52,991 nt of DNA from Patescibacteria group bacterium (GCA_018816985.1 JAHIVA010000021.1:1-52991), one strand, 5' to 3'. Positions 22,227 to 31,434 are shown, counted from the stretch's first letter. Notes: a model not told the origin generated them from the letters alone. Numbers and translations: made by a program.

Positions 22227-24947
22227 ATGAAAAAAATATTTTTTATATGTCTCGTTGTAGTAGCTAGCGCAATGTTGTATACCAACACTGTCTATGCTAC
22301 TACTGTGGGTTCTGGAAGTTGCACACCGCGAGACCACAACCTATCAAACTATGATCCATTTTATCCAAACGACTGGTGGTGCGACAGCTGGTCTTTTAGT
22401 GGAGCTGCTGCTGGTGGGCCAAGTTGTAGTATCGGTTATGTTGGAGGACAAACGTATTTTTACAAAACAGGTGGTCTGATTGGGTTTAGTTGTTATGCAA
22501 ATGATAACAATTGTGCCGCCAGTACGTGTATTGGATCATCTTGTTGGAATAGTTATCAATGGGTAAGCGGAACCAAAACCTGTAACGTAGATAATGGTTG
22601 TGCCGCGAATACTTGTTCAACTTCATCTTGTTGGAATAGTTATCAATGGGTAAGCGGAACCAAAACCTGTAATGTAGACAATGGTTGTGCCGCAAATACT
22701 TGTGTTGGGTCAACTTGTTGGAATAGCTATCAATGGAGGAGTGGCACCAAGACTTGCAACGTAGATAATGGTTGCGCCGCGAGTACTTGTAGTTACAATA
22801 CTTGTTATAATAGCTATCAATGGGTTCAAGGAACGAATATAAATGCCTGTCCAGTGCCAAGTCTTTCGTCTGCTTCTTGCCCGTCGCCTGGCACTACAGC
22901 ATCATTAAGTTGGTCTAATACTGGTGCGCCACGCTATTATTTAGTAACAAGGAATGTGACTGATGGTAGCGGGGACTCGCCACAGTGGGTGTATACGAAT
23001 TCAGGGTCCATCTCTACGACTCCTGGGAAGACTTATTGGTTTTGGGCGCATTCTTGTACTTCCGGTGGTACTTGCAATTGGAATTCATCCAGTCCTCAAT
23101 ATAAAAGTTTTACCTGTACTGCCCCAGCAGTCCCAACCATCACTTTCACCGCTTCTCCGTCCGTGGCATACAATGGTCGCGCAACCTTAACATGGAGTTC
23201 TCAAAATGCTACCAGCTGTGTTTCCACCGGCCCTTGGTCAGCCCTACCTATTAGTGGAGGTAGTGGTCTTACTGATCCTTTAACTTCTAACACAACCTTC
23301 ACTTTCCGTTGCACAGGTCCCGGAGGAACTACAGCAACAATATCAAGGACGGTGACGGTTGGCATAATTCCTGCCCCAAATTCATTATCAGCAACCTGTT
23401 CTGTTTCTTCTGCGTCTCTTAGTTGGCAGAACACTGGCGCATCCCTTTATTATTTAGTTACCAGAAATGTAACTGATGGTGGTGCCGATGTCGCAAAGTG
23501 GGTATATACAAATTATAGTTCTGTTCCGACGGTTCCAGGTAAGACGTACCAGTTTTGGGTTCATTCCTGTACTGCTCAAGACGTTTGCAACTGGGTAGAG
23601 CATTCTCCGGTGACAACACTTACGTGTCAAAACGCGCCGACCGGTCTTACCGCTTCCTGTCCGTTGCCTGGAAATAATGCGATACTTTCTTGGAACGCTT
23701 CTAATGGAGCCAGTTATTATGCTGTTCGTATTGACGACACGACGAAAGGCATAAATGACGATACCTGCAGCGGTGCCACTGGCGATTCTTGTCCTTGGCC
23801 GACCACTAATTCGTATTCTTTTATTCCGATTCCTGGTGATTCATATCGTTTTTGGGTTCACGCTTGTAGTGCTATTAATGTGTGTAATTGGGAAGATTCA
23901 AGTCCTCAAGAAGTAGTATTTACTTGCGTGGCACCGATGACCCAAGCTAGTTTGGAAATAGATTTAAACAATAATGGAAGCTATGACGTTACCTTGCCAA
24001 GTGTATCTGTAAAAGCTTTGGGTGCTGGTGGCGCGGAAACAGTTAATTGGACAGGAGCAAATGCATGGACCGCAGTTGCTGGAACTCACAAGTTCAGAAT
24101 TTGCGCTGATGCCTTAAATTCATCATCAGAGTCAAATGAAAGTAACAATTGCTCTACTGGTATTTTTACTGTGGAAGAATCTGAGATTGAGATGACTGGT
24201 TCACTCTCTATTCCGTCTTGTACTATTAGTAATGGAGGAAGTACTTGTACGACATTAGCGTCATGGTCTACAGAAAATCCAGAAGCAACATCTGCGATTA
24301 CCAAAGATGGGGTAAATGGAAATTATAAAACAGGGAATAATAAAACAGATGAACCGTTTACCCTTCCTTATGGTTCTTCAACCTTTAGGCTTTATAATCA
24401 TTCCAAATTACTTGATACTGTTGTTGTGACTGCGGGTTGTAGTACGTCACCAGTTTATACTGTTTGGAATACAGACAATGAAAGATGTGAAACTATTCTT
24501 GCTACTCTTTCTGCTTCACTTGAAGCTAGTCCTTCAAGTGGGGTAGTGCCTTTGTCTAGCACTCTCACGGCTACGCGTACTGGCGGTACTGCTTCGGGAG
24601 CTATCAGTTATAGATTTAAATGTAAAACTAGTAATTCTTGGAGTTCTTCTCAGTCCTCTAATTCTTATTCTTGTAATTATCCATTAGCCAATACCTACAC
24701 AGCTTCTGCTGAAGTTACACAACAAGGAGTGACAGCAATTCCTACCACAACAATTACGGTTAATCCTCCTGCAGTTGATGGATCCTGTCTTTCTCCGGCT
24801 ATTCATTATAATTGTCCTGCCGGCAGTACAAGCCTTGAGGAATTAAGTAGTCCAAGCCGTTGGACATGGAGATGTACAGGCTTAAATGGAGGAGATCCTA
24901 GCCCTCAATGTTTTGAGAGAAAAAGTCCTGGATTTATAGAGAATTAA
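22227..24947 (+). CDS. giant Cys-rich secreted/surface protein
   Basis: 906 aa with a signal peptide. It contains four 29-aa Cys repeats, three copies of the shared Cys-framed domain, Ig-like modules and a C-terminal GSC...H..C...W.C.G.NGG...C module. Confidence 0.8.
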   Translation: MKKIFFICLVVVASAMLYTNTVYATTVGSGSCTPRDHNLSNYDPFYPNDWWCDSWSFSGAAAGGPSCSIGYVGGQTYFYKTGGLIGFSCYANDNNCAASTCIGSSCWNSYQWVSGTKTCNVDNGCAANTCSTSSCWNSYQWVSGTKTCNVDNGCAANTCVGSTCWNSYQWRSGTKTCNVDNGCAASTCSYNTCYNSYQWVQGTNINACPVPSLSSASCPSPGTTASLSWSNTGAPRYYLVTRNVTDGSGDSPQWVYTNSGSISTTPGKTYWFWAHSCTSGGTCNWNSSSPQYKSFTCTAPAVPTITFTASPSVAYNGRATLTWSSQNATSCVSTGPWSALPISGGSGLTDPLTSNTTFTFRCTGPGGTTATISRTVTVGIIPAPNSLSATCSVSSASLSWQNTGASLYYLVTRNVTDGGADVAKWVYTNYSSVPTVPGKTYQFWVHSCTAQDVCNWVEHSPVTTLTCQNAPTGLTASCPLPGNNAILSWNASNGASYYAVRIDDTTKGINDDTCSGATGDSCPWPTTNSYSFIPIPGDSYRFWVHACSAINVCNWEDSSPQEVVFTCVAPMTQASLEIDLNNNGSYDVTLPSVSVKALGAGGAETVNWTGANAWTAVAGTHKFRICADALNSSSESNESNNCSTGIFTVEESEIEMTGSLSIPSCTISNGGSTCTTLASWSTENPEATSAITKDGVNGNYKTGNNKTDEPFTLPYGSSTFRLYNHSKLLDTVVVTAGCSTSPVYTVWNTDNERCETILATLSASLEASPSSGVVPLSSTLTATRTGGTASGAISYRFKCKTSNSWSSSQSSNSYSCNYPLANTYTASAEVTQQGVTAIPTTTITVNPPAVDGSCLSPAIHYNCPAGSTSLEELSSPSRWTWRCTGLNGGDPSPQCFERKSPGFIEN
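22503..22850 (+). repeat. 4 tandem 87-bp coding repeats (29 aa: DNGCAANTC-x-TSSCWNSYQWVSGTKTCNV)
   Basis: Units start at 22503, 22590, 22677 and 22764. Units 1 to 3 are nearly identical at the DNA level. Confidence 0.9.
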
Positions 24948-24956
24948 AAAATTAAC

Positions 24957-24995
24957 AAAAAATCTACCCAAAACAAACATTTGAGTAGATTTTTT
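24957..24995 (+). terminator. AT-rich stem-loop AAAAAATCTAC-N17-GTAGATTTTTT after the 906-aa gene
   Basis: 11-bp inverted repeat that is mostly A-T. It overlaps the pilB -10 region. Confidence 0.3.
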
Positions 24996-25003
24996 GTTAT
25001 ACT
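24995..25003 (+). promoter_or_regulatory. extended -10 TGTTATACT, 7 nt before the pilB ATG (leaderless arrangement)
   Basis: TGTTATACT ataagag ATG. Confidence 0.45.
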
Positions 25004-25010
25004 ATAAGAG

Positions 25011-26765
25011 ATGCAAATTAATGAAGAACAGTTAAAAAAATTTATTTTAGACGGAGGGCTTGTGTCAAAGGCAGACCTAGAAGAAGCATTTAAAAAAGCC
25101 GAAATTAAAAAACAAAAAATTGGTGACATTTTACTTTCGGACGGTAAAATATCTGAAACAGATTTAAAGCGAATGGAAGCTTTTGTTTTAGGTATACCTT
25201 TTGTTAACTTAAATAATCAAAAAATAGATTTTTCCGTACTTTCTCTTATTCCTGAACCAATTGCGCGCAATTATAATATTGTGGCTTATAAAAAAAACGA
25301 AGATAGTTTAGAAATAGCAATGCTGGATGTGGATGATTTGCCGATGATTGATTTTATAAAAAAACGTTCCGGATTAAAAATTTTACCTCGGCTGACTGAT
25401 ACTATTTCTATTAGATCTGTTTTAGTTCAGTATCGGCAAAGTCTTAAATCTGAATTTCGAGACATTATTCAAAAAGAGAGTACGAAATTAAATCTTTCAG
25501 GAGAAGAAGAAAAAAACACCGAAAAATCTGACTTAGAACTAAAAGAAATAGCAGAAGGTTTGCCAGTAATAAAGATAGTTGATTCTTTGATTTTTCATGC
25601 AATTTTACAAAATGCCTCTGATATTCATATTGAACCTGGGGAAAAGGAACTTACGGTTCGTTATCGAATAGATGGTATTCTGCACGACGCGATGGTTTTG
25701 GATAAAAATGCCGGTTCCGGAATAACGGCACGTATCAAAGTATTGTCCAATTTAAAACTAGATGAAAAACGCTTACCTCAAGACGGCAGGTTTAAAATAG
25801 AACAAAATGGAGAAAAAATTTCTTTTCGTGTTTCTACTCTGCCTACCTTTTTTGGAGAAAAGACAGTAATTAGAATATTGAAAGAGAATGCTCACGGTTT
25901 TTCTTTAGAAATATTGGGTTTTCATGTTGAAGGGTTGGAAAGAATTCATAATTCATTAAAACAAAAAACTGGAATGGTCCTTGCGACTGGTCCAACAGGT
26001 AGTGGTAAAACGACAACTCTTTATACTATGTTAGATATTTTAAATAGACCGGAAGTTAATATTTCAACAGTTGAAGATCCTATTGAATACCAGATGCTGA
26101 GAGTTAACCAGACTCAAGTTAAACCGGAAATTGGGTTGTCTTTTGCTAATGGCTTACGTTCATTATTACGTCAAGATCCAGATATAATCATGGTGGGAGA
26201 AATTCGTGATGGTGAAACAGCCGGATTAGCTGTCAACGCATCCCTGACGGGTCATTTGGTTCTTTCTACTATCCACACCAATTCGGCAGCAGGGGCTATT
26301 CCGAGGCTGATGGATATGGGAGTAGAGCCTTTTTTGATTACTGCCACTGTGAAGACAATTATTGCGCAAAGGTTGGTGCGTAAACTTACATCCAATAAAG
26401 AAAAATATTTTTTAAATTCTGCTGAAATAAAAAATCTGGCGAAAGTTGTCGATTTAGAGAGAATTTTAGATTTTTTAAAAACTGAAAATGTTATAGGTCC
26501 GAAAGATACTTGGGATAAAGTTCCTTTTTTTAGGCCGGTAAAGAGCACTGAATTTGAGGATGGGTATTCCAGCCGTACTGGTATGCATGAAGTGTTGAAG
26601 GTTACCCCTACGATCAAAGAAATGATTATCAAAGGTAGTTCTCAGGACGACATTGAAGCCCAAGCAAAAAAAGAGGGGATGATGACTATGATTGAAGATG
26701 GAGTTTTTCAGGCAGTCTTGGGTGTAACCACCCTAGAGGAAGTATTTCGGGTTGTTTCGGAATAA
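25011..26765 (+). CDS. pilB: type IV pilus / type II secretion assembly ATPase
   Basis: 584 aa. It has a T2SSE_N-like N-terminus and a GPTGSGKTTTL Walker A motif. Other motifs: RQDPDIIMVGEIRD and HLVLSTIHTN. Confidence 0.9.
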   Translation: MQINEEQLKKFILDGGLVSKADLEEAFKKAEIKKQKIGDILLSDGKISETDLKRMEAFVLGIPFVNLNNQKIDFSVLSLIPEPIARNYNIVAYKKNEDSLEIAMLDVDDLPMIDFIKKRSGLKILPRLTDTISIRSVLVQYRQSLKSEFRDIIQKESTKLNLSGEEEKNTEKSDLELKEIAEGLPVIKIVDSLIFHAILQNASDIHIEPGEKELTVRYRIDGILHDAMVLDKNAGSGITARIKVLSNLKLDEKRLPQDGRFKIEQNGEKISFRVSTLPTFFGEKTVIRILKENAHGFSLEILGFHVEGLERIHNSLKQKTGMVLATGPTGSGKTTTLYTMLDILNRPEVNISTVEDPIEYQMLRVNQTQVKPEIGLSFANGLRSLLRQDPDIIMVGEIRDGETAGLAVNASLTGHLVLSTIHTNSAAGAIPRLMDMGVEPFLITATVKTIIAQRLVRKLTSNKEKYFLNSAEIKNLAKVVDLERILDFLKTENVIGPKDTWDKVPFFRPVKSTEFEDGYSSRTGMHEVLKVTPTIKEMIIKGSSQDDIEAQAKKEGMMTMIEDGVFQAVLGVTTLEEVFRVVSE

Positions 26766-26795
26766 TTTTTAATTTTAAAGTTTAATTAAATTAAT

Positions 26796-28013
26796 ATGCT
26801 TTTTTCATACAGCGCAAAATCGAAAACAGGAGAAATTTTTGAAAGCATTTTAGAGGCAACTGACCGCTATGCTCTTTCTCATGATTTACGTTCTCGCGGG
26901 TATATTCCTTTATCAATTACAGAAAAAAAGAAGGGTCTAGAGGAAAAGTTTTCAAATTTTTCCAATCTTTTTTTGAAAGTGAAAATTACAGAGCAGATTA
27001 TTTTTACTAAAAATTTGAGCGGAATGGTTAAAGCGGGGCTTTCTCTTTCTAGGGCTTTGTCGGTTTTAAAAAAACAGACAAAAAATCCCAAACTTAGTAA
27101 AATTTTAACTTCTGCTGTTAATGATATAAATGCTGGGGAAACTTTTTCTTCCGCGCTTTCTAAATTTCCCGATGTTTTTTCAAAACTTTTTATTTCTATG
27201 GTTCGCGCAGGAGAAGAGTCCGGTAATCTGGCCGGAGCACTTTCAGATATTGGATTAAATCTAGAAAAAACTAGTTCTTTGAATAAAAAAATAAAAGGTG
27301 CGCTTATTTATCCCGGGGTGATTATGTCGGCAATGGTGGTCATTGGTGTTTTGATGTTTGCTTTTGTGGTGCCGACACTAGCGAGCACATTTAAGGAACT
27401 TGGTGTTGTATTACCTTTTTCTACTCGGCTACTGATTTTTTTTGGTAATTTTTTTTCCAATAATCTAATTTTAACCTTTCTTCTTATTATTAGCGTGGCT
27501 TTTGGTTTATTTTCGCTTTTCCGCGCCAAGTTTATGGCGCCATATATTGATTTTATGATGCTAAAAATTCCGGTTATTAATGAATTGACTAGAGAATTAA
27601 ACAGCGCTCGCACTGCCCGTACCATCTCATCGTTATTACTTTCAGGTGTTTCTCTCACTCGGGCACTGGAAATAACCGAAGATGTGGTTCAAAATATTTA
27701 TTATAAAAAAATTTTAAACGAAGCAAAACTAGGGATAGAAAAAGGGGAACCTTTTTCACGGGTATTCATAGCTAATGTTAACTTGTATCCAGTGATGATG
27801 TCGGAGATGGTTCAAGTTGGGGAAGAAACTGGAAAATTATCTGATATGTTATTGCAAATTGCCTTGTTTTACGAAGGGGAAATTGAAAATAAGACAAAAA
27901 ATCTTTCTACAATTATTGAACCCCTTCTGATGGTTGTTATTGGTGTAGCAGTTGGTTTTTTCGCTATCTCGATGATTTCCCCGCTCTATTCAATTTTGGG
28001 TAGTATAAATTAA
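26796..28013 (+). CDS. pilC: type IV pilus platform protein
   Basis: 405 aa. It has a duplicated GspF-type domain (MVRAGEESGNL and MVQVGEETGKL) and 3 TM segments. Confidence 0.88.
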   Translation: MLFSYSAKSKTGEIFESILEATDRYALSHDLRSRGYIPLSITEKKKGLEEKFSNFSNLFLKVKITEQIIFTKNLSGMVKAGLSLSRALSVLKKQTKNPKLSKILTSAVNDINAGETFSSALSKFPDVFSKLFISMVRAGEESGNLAGALSDIGLNLEKTSSLNKKIKGALIYPGVIMSAMVVIGVLMFAFVVPTLASTFKELGVVLPFSTRLLIFFGNFFSNNLILTFLLIISVAFGLFSLFRAKFMAPYIDFMMLKIPVINELTRELNSARTARTISSLLLSGVSLTRALEITEDVVQNIYYKKILNEAKLGIEKGEPFSRVFIANVNLYPVMMSEMVQVGEETGKLSDMLLQIALFYEGEIENKTKNLSTIIEPLLMVVIGVAVGFFAISMISPLYSILGSIN

Positions 28014-28018
28014 TTTAC

Positions 28019-29452
28019 TTAATTTTTAACTTCTTGCCACGAAAGTATATTATATTGATTTCCAGTCAAGGGGAAGTCGGGTGGTGGAGCATAGAGTAAA
28101 TTTGCGTCGTAGGTTATATTTCGTATAGCATAACCAGTATCATCCGTATAAGCAAAACCATATCTTGCATAGGAAGCAATCATTCCATAAAGAGAAATAA
28201 CTTCTCGGTTTTTATAAGCACAACCTCCTCCGCTATAATAAAATCTTCCTACTCTGTCATTTTGAGCTATAAGTGCCGCATCTATCTTTAGATTATCTTC
28301 ACTTTTCATTCCAACCATTACCCCGGCTTGTCCAATAAGTCCTATAGAATCAGATCCATCATAAGAAGTATAAAGAAGGTCATTATTTACTATTATATTT
28401 TTAAAATTAGTTGGGTTTGATGGTACCGGTAAGTCAGCCGCAGCAATAGTGAGCCGGGCTCCATTTATCTGTCCATCAACTACAATATTGTCTTCTAGAA
28501 AAATTATTCCATTAGTTGGAAAATTAAAATTGCCCTGTAGGGTTTGAGTGCCAACACTGAAGCTGTATGTCGAGCCGGAACAATTTCCTAAACTAGCCCA
28601 ACTATTTATTTTATAAAGATCAAAAGTGTTGTTTGTTTTTAAGACAATATGATATCCAACGTATTTGCTTCCTGCTTTGTTTTGATAAAACCCTTCTGAT
28701 ATTGCATTGGCTTGTAGCATGGCCAAGTCGGTTGTAAATCCAGAGAAATCAATGGTCGGCTGACTAATCAATCGTCCGGCTTCAAAAACATCTGAACGAG
28801 ATGGGAGTGTGGCGGGATATGTTGGATCAGCCGGAGATAAGCAAGTATGTACGCCATAAGAATTGCTGGTGGTGCAAGCATCGCTGTCCGTATCGGTGTA
28901 AGTTGTGGTTCCGCTAGTAACAATATTATGGGCTAGGCCATCAAAACGAATTCCGCCATTAATATGAACTGGTCCGAAAATTTCTGTTCCGGTGCCGAAG
29001 CGCATAGCATTATTTCCTGCCACCGAATATTTCGCGATAGATGGTTTAACTACCTCTGTTTCTATTTTTCTTAGATATGACGGATCAAGCACAGAAGAGC
29101 CAGTCGAGTTTATTTTTACTAAAGTTGAGCCGGGAGCCGGGGGAGTTATATTTAAAGAAAACTGTCCCACTGTATTATTATTTTTATCTTTTAAAAAATG
29201 AATATATGGGCCTGAAGTTCCTGTTCCGTCTTGGTAGTCAGTGGGGGCGTGGGCTAAATGCCAGCGGTAATAATCTATTCCGGCTTCCGATGACTGAAAG
29301 GCTTGCTCTCGATTAAAAGCTATTCGTCCTGTTTTAACTGTTGTCGCTGCCCATCCCGCCAGGGCTCCAATAATCATAATAGATACTGTGGCAAATATCA
29401 TTGTTTGCACTATAATCATACCTCCATCTTTTTTCATTTTTTTATTTATCAT
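28019..29452 (-). CDS. large PilX-like minor pilin / pilus-associated protein
   Basis: 477 aa. The N-terminal segment GGMIIVQTMIFATVSIMIIGALAGWA is hydrophobic and lacks Glu5. It has a 4-nt overlap with the upstream pseudopilin gene. Confidence 0.55.
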   Translation of the reverse strand: MINKKMKKDGGMIIVQTMIFATVSIMIIGALAGWAATTVKTGRIAFNREQAFQSSEAGIDYYRWHLAHAPTDYQDGTGTSGPYIHFLKDKNNNTVGQFSLNITPPAPGSTLVKINSTGSSVLDPSYLRKIETEVVKPSIAKYSVAGNNAMRFGTGTEIFGPVHINGGIRFDGLAHNIVTSGTTTYTDTDSDACTTSNSYGVHTCLSPADPTYPATLPSRSDVFEAGRLISQPTIDFSGFTTDLAMLQANAISEGFYQNKAGSKYVGYHIVLKTNNTFDLYKINSWASLGNCSGSTYSFSVGTQTLQGNFNFPTNGIIFLEDNIVVDGQINGARLTIAAADLPVPSNPTNFKNIIVNNDLLYTSYDGSDSIGLIGQAGVMVGMKSEDNLKIDAALIAQNDRVGRFYYSGGGCAYKNREVISLYGMIASYARYGFAYTDDTGYAIRNITYDANLLYAPPPDFPLTGNQYNILSWQEVKN

Positions 29453-30069
29453 AAATTATCTTTTAAATTTCTTATTGAAACCTGGGTTGAAAAAGTCATT
29501 GGGGTAGGTGATCGATTTGGATCTTTATCTAATACAATAGTTACTTTTACTAAACGAATATCTGGTATATTCACAGGAGAAGATAAGGGTGCCGTGTTTC
29601 CGTCATAGTTTCTGTCGTAATATTCAAAAAGTACAGAATTAGCTAATTTATCTATGAGAGTTGAAATTGTTTCATTGGCAGGATTATAGGTTAGTGGACT
29701 TCCCGTGGGTTTTGTTGTCCCCTTCTGAAGGGAAGTTTCCGATAAAAAATATCTTACTTTTTCCTTCAATCCATCGTTGTCTATATCAGAATAAAAAGTG
29801 AAAGCGGTAGCTGTTGCCAGACTAATTGTATAAGCTCCAGTATTAGCTGTCGAGGCAGTGCGTATTTCGGATGTTAAAGTTTTTAAAACCTGTCTTCCGG
29901 CATTAGTGTCAGCTAACCCTCCGGCGACAAAAGAATTATAGATCCAAACATTTCTTGAAAAAAGAGTCAGTAAAATAACTATCAAAATAAAAATTGATAT
30001 TCCAAAAAGAGTTTCGATTAGAGTAAAGCCTGACGCTAATTTTATTTTATTTTTTATTTTTTTTTGCAT
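29449..30069 (-). CDS. prepilin-type N-terminal cleavage/methylation domain protein (pseudopilin)
   Basis: 206 aa. It contains the KLASG/FTLIETLFGISIFILIV class III signal. Confidence 0.8.
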   Translation of the reverse strand: MQKKIKNKIKLASGFTLIETLFGISIFILIVILLTLFSRNVWIYNSFVAGGLADTNAGRQVLKTLTSEIRTASTANTGAYTISLATATAFTFYSDIDNDGLKEKVRYFLSETSLQKGTTKPTGSPLTYNPANETISTLIDKLANSVLFEYYDRNYDGNTAPLSSPVNIPDIRLVKVTIVLDKDPNRSPTPMTFSTQVSIRNLKDNL

Positions 30070-30070
30070 A

Positions 30071-31393
30071 TTAAGGCATAAGGGTTATAATTTTATTTTG
30101 CCAAGAAGACATTGAAAAAGAAGAAACATTGTTTTGGTATCCGACCTTAGAAACGGTCAGGGTGTAAGTACCACTTCCAAGCCCATTCCAAAAAACTTGA
30201 CCAGGAGTAGCACAAGAACCGGAATTTGTGGTTTTGGTTTGATTAAATCCGCTTTTTTGCAGATGAACAGTCGCGCCATCAATGGCGACACCATCAGAAG
30301 TTTTGACGGAAACCAACAAGGCTCTGTTTATATGGGGCGTTACCACTAATTGTAAATTTTTTATCTCATTTGGATTTATGTTGAAAATTGCTAAAGGAGT
30401 TGTACCAGCTAAATCATAGGAGGCGGAAGTAAGTAAGGCTGAATAAGTGTCCCATTCAATAATAGGAATCGTATAACTTCCATTAGTATTGGTTGTGAAA
30501 TTTTGTGTTGGATATTTTAAAACTGAAGGTGTTCCAATCAGTTTCGTTCCAGTTAAAGAAAAGCCAATAGAAGGTAAAGAGACACAAGCTGAGTCTACTG
30601 TTTCAATTATAAGAGAACTTGTTCTGTCTATTGAAAAATTAGTTAGGGTAACTTGTTGTTGAACCACTGTTGCATCGGGCTTAACTGGATTTGCTCCCGC
30701 TGCCCCATCCGGGGGGTATGTTTGATCCTGAGTAAATCCTGATTTAGTGGCAATTATGTTATATGCATTTATTCCGATTGGTGCGTCTACTATTTTCATC
30801 CATCCGGCATTGTCCGTTGTTTCGTCGATAATAGTATCTGGATTTGTTTGTGTATTGACTAAATGAATCGAGGCGTTTGGAATTGCAATGCCACTTGCGT
30901 CAAAAACTCGAATAAAAAGTGCTCCATTGGTGGAGGCGGTTTCAAGCGCATGGGGAGCAACCAAGGTGGTGAAACTAAGCGGTGTTAATGTTTTACAATT
31001 AGAACAAATTAGATCCAAATCTATTAATTTATAATCTGCTGGCGAAGTATCTGGTGGGTTTCCTTCAATTATTCCATCAAAAGGGTCGTCCACACTTCTG
31101 ATTGTTGTTTGTATATCAAAAGAATAATTATCTCGTATTATTGTTTCATTTCTTTGGATTTTTCCTACCGGTAACCCTGCCACGATACCTACATCCGTGT
31201 AAGGTAAGTTACGTATTATTTCTAACTTCTCATTAGCTAAAGTTGTTCCAGCTAGTTTTGCTTGTGAAATGGTTACTGCGTCCATCAACACACCGAAGGC
31301 TTTATAAGCGGAAAGTGCTACTAGTAAAAAAACAACACTACCAACCAATGTTTCAATTAAGGTAAATCCTCTTTGTCTAGTGTAAAAATTCAT
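30071..31393 (-). CDS. oversized pseudopilin with carboxypeptidase-regulatory-like beta-sandwich repeats
   Basis: 440 aa. It contains the QRG/FTLIETLVGSVVFLLVAL class III signal. Later segments include IRVFDASGIAIPNASIHLVN and VKTSDGVAIDGATVHLQ. Confidence 0.75.
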   Translation of the reverse strand: MNFYTRQRGFTLIETLVGSVVFLLVALSAYKAFGVLMDAVTISQAKLAGTTLANEKLEIIRNLPYTDVGIVAGLPVGKIQRNETIIRDNYSFDIQTTIRSVDDPFDGIIEGNPPDTSPADYKLIDLDLICSNCKTLTPLSFTTLVAPHALETASTNGALFIRVFDASGIAIPNASIHLVNTQTNPDTIIDETTDNAGWMKIVDAPIGINAYNIIATKSGFTQDQTYPPDGAAGANPVKPDATVVQQQVTLTNFSIDRTSSLIIETVDSACVSLPSIGFSLTGTKLIGTPSVLKYPTQNFTTNTNGSYTIPIIEWDTYSALLTSASYDLAGTTPLAIFNINPNEIKNLQLVVTPHINRALLVSVKTSDGVAIDGATVHLQKSGFNQTKTTNSGSCATPGQVFWNGLGSGTYTLTVSKVGYQNNVSSFSMSSWQNKIITLMP

Positions 31394-31418
31394 AAGTTAT
31401 TTATATTTTAACGCATTA

Positions 31419-31427
31419 TGATATAAT
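31419..31427 (+). promoter_or_regulatory. extended -10 TGATATAAT, 7 nt before the tpiA ATG (leaderless arrangement)
   Basis: TGATATAAT ttgccat ATG. Confidence 0.45.
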
Positions 31428-31434
31428 TTGCCAT

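Noticed and set aside
21205-23927. The repeated domain copies as a template/variable-repeat pair of a diversity-generating retroelement.
   Set aside because: Differences between the best-matching copies (21339.. against 23536..) involve all base types, mostly at synonymous positions, and are not adenine-specific. No reverse transcriptase gene is present.
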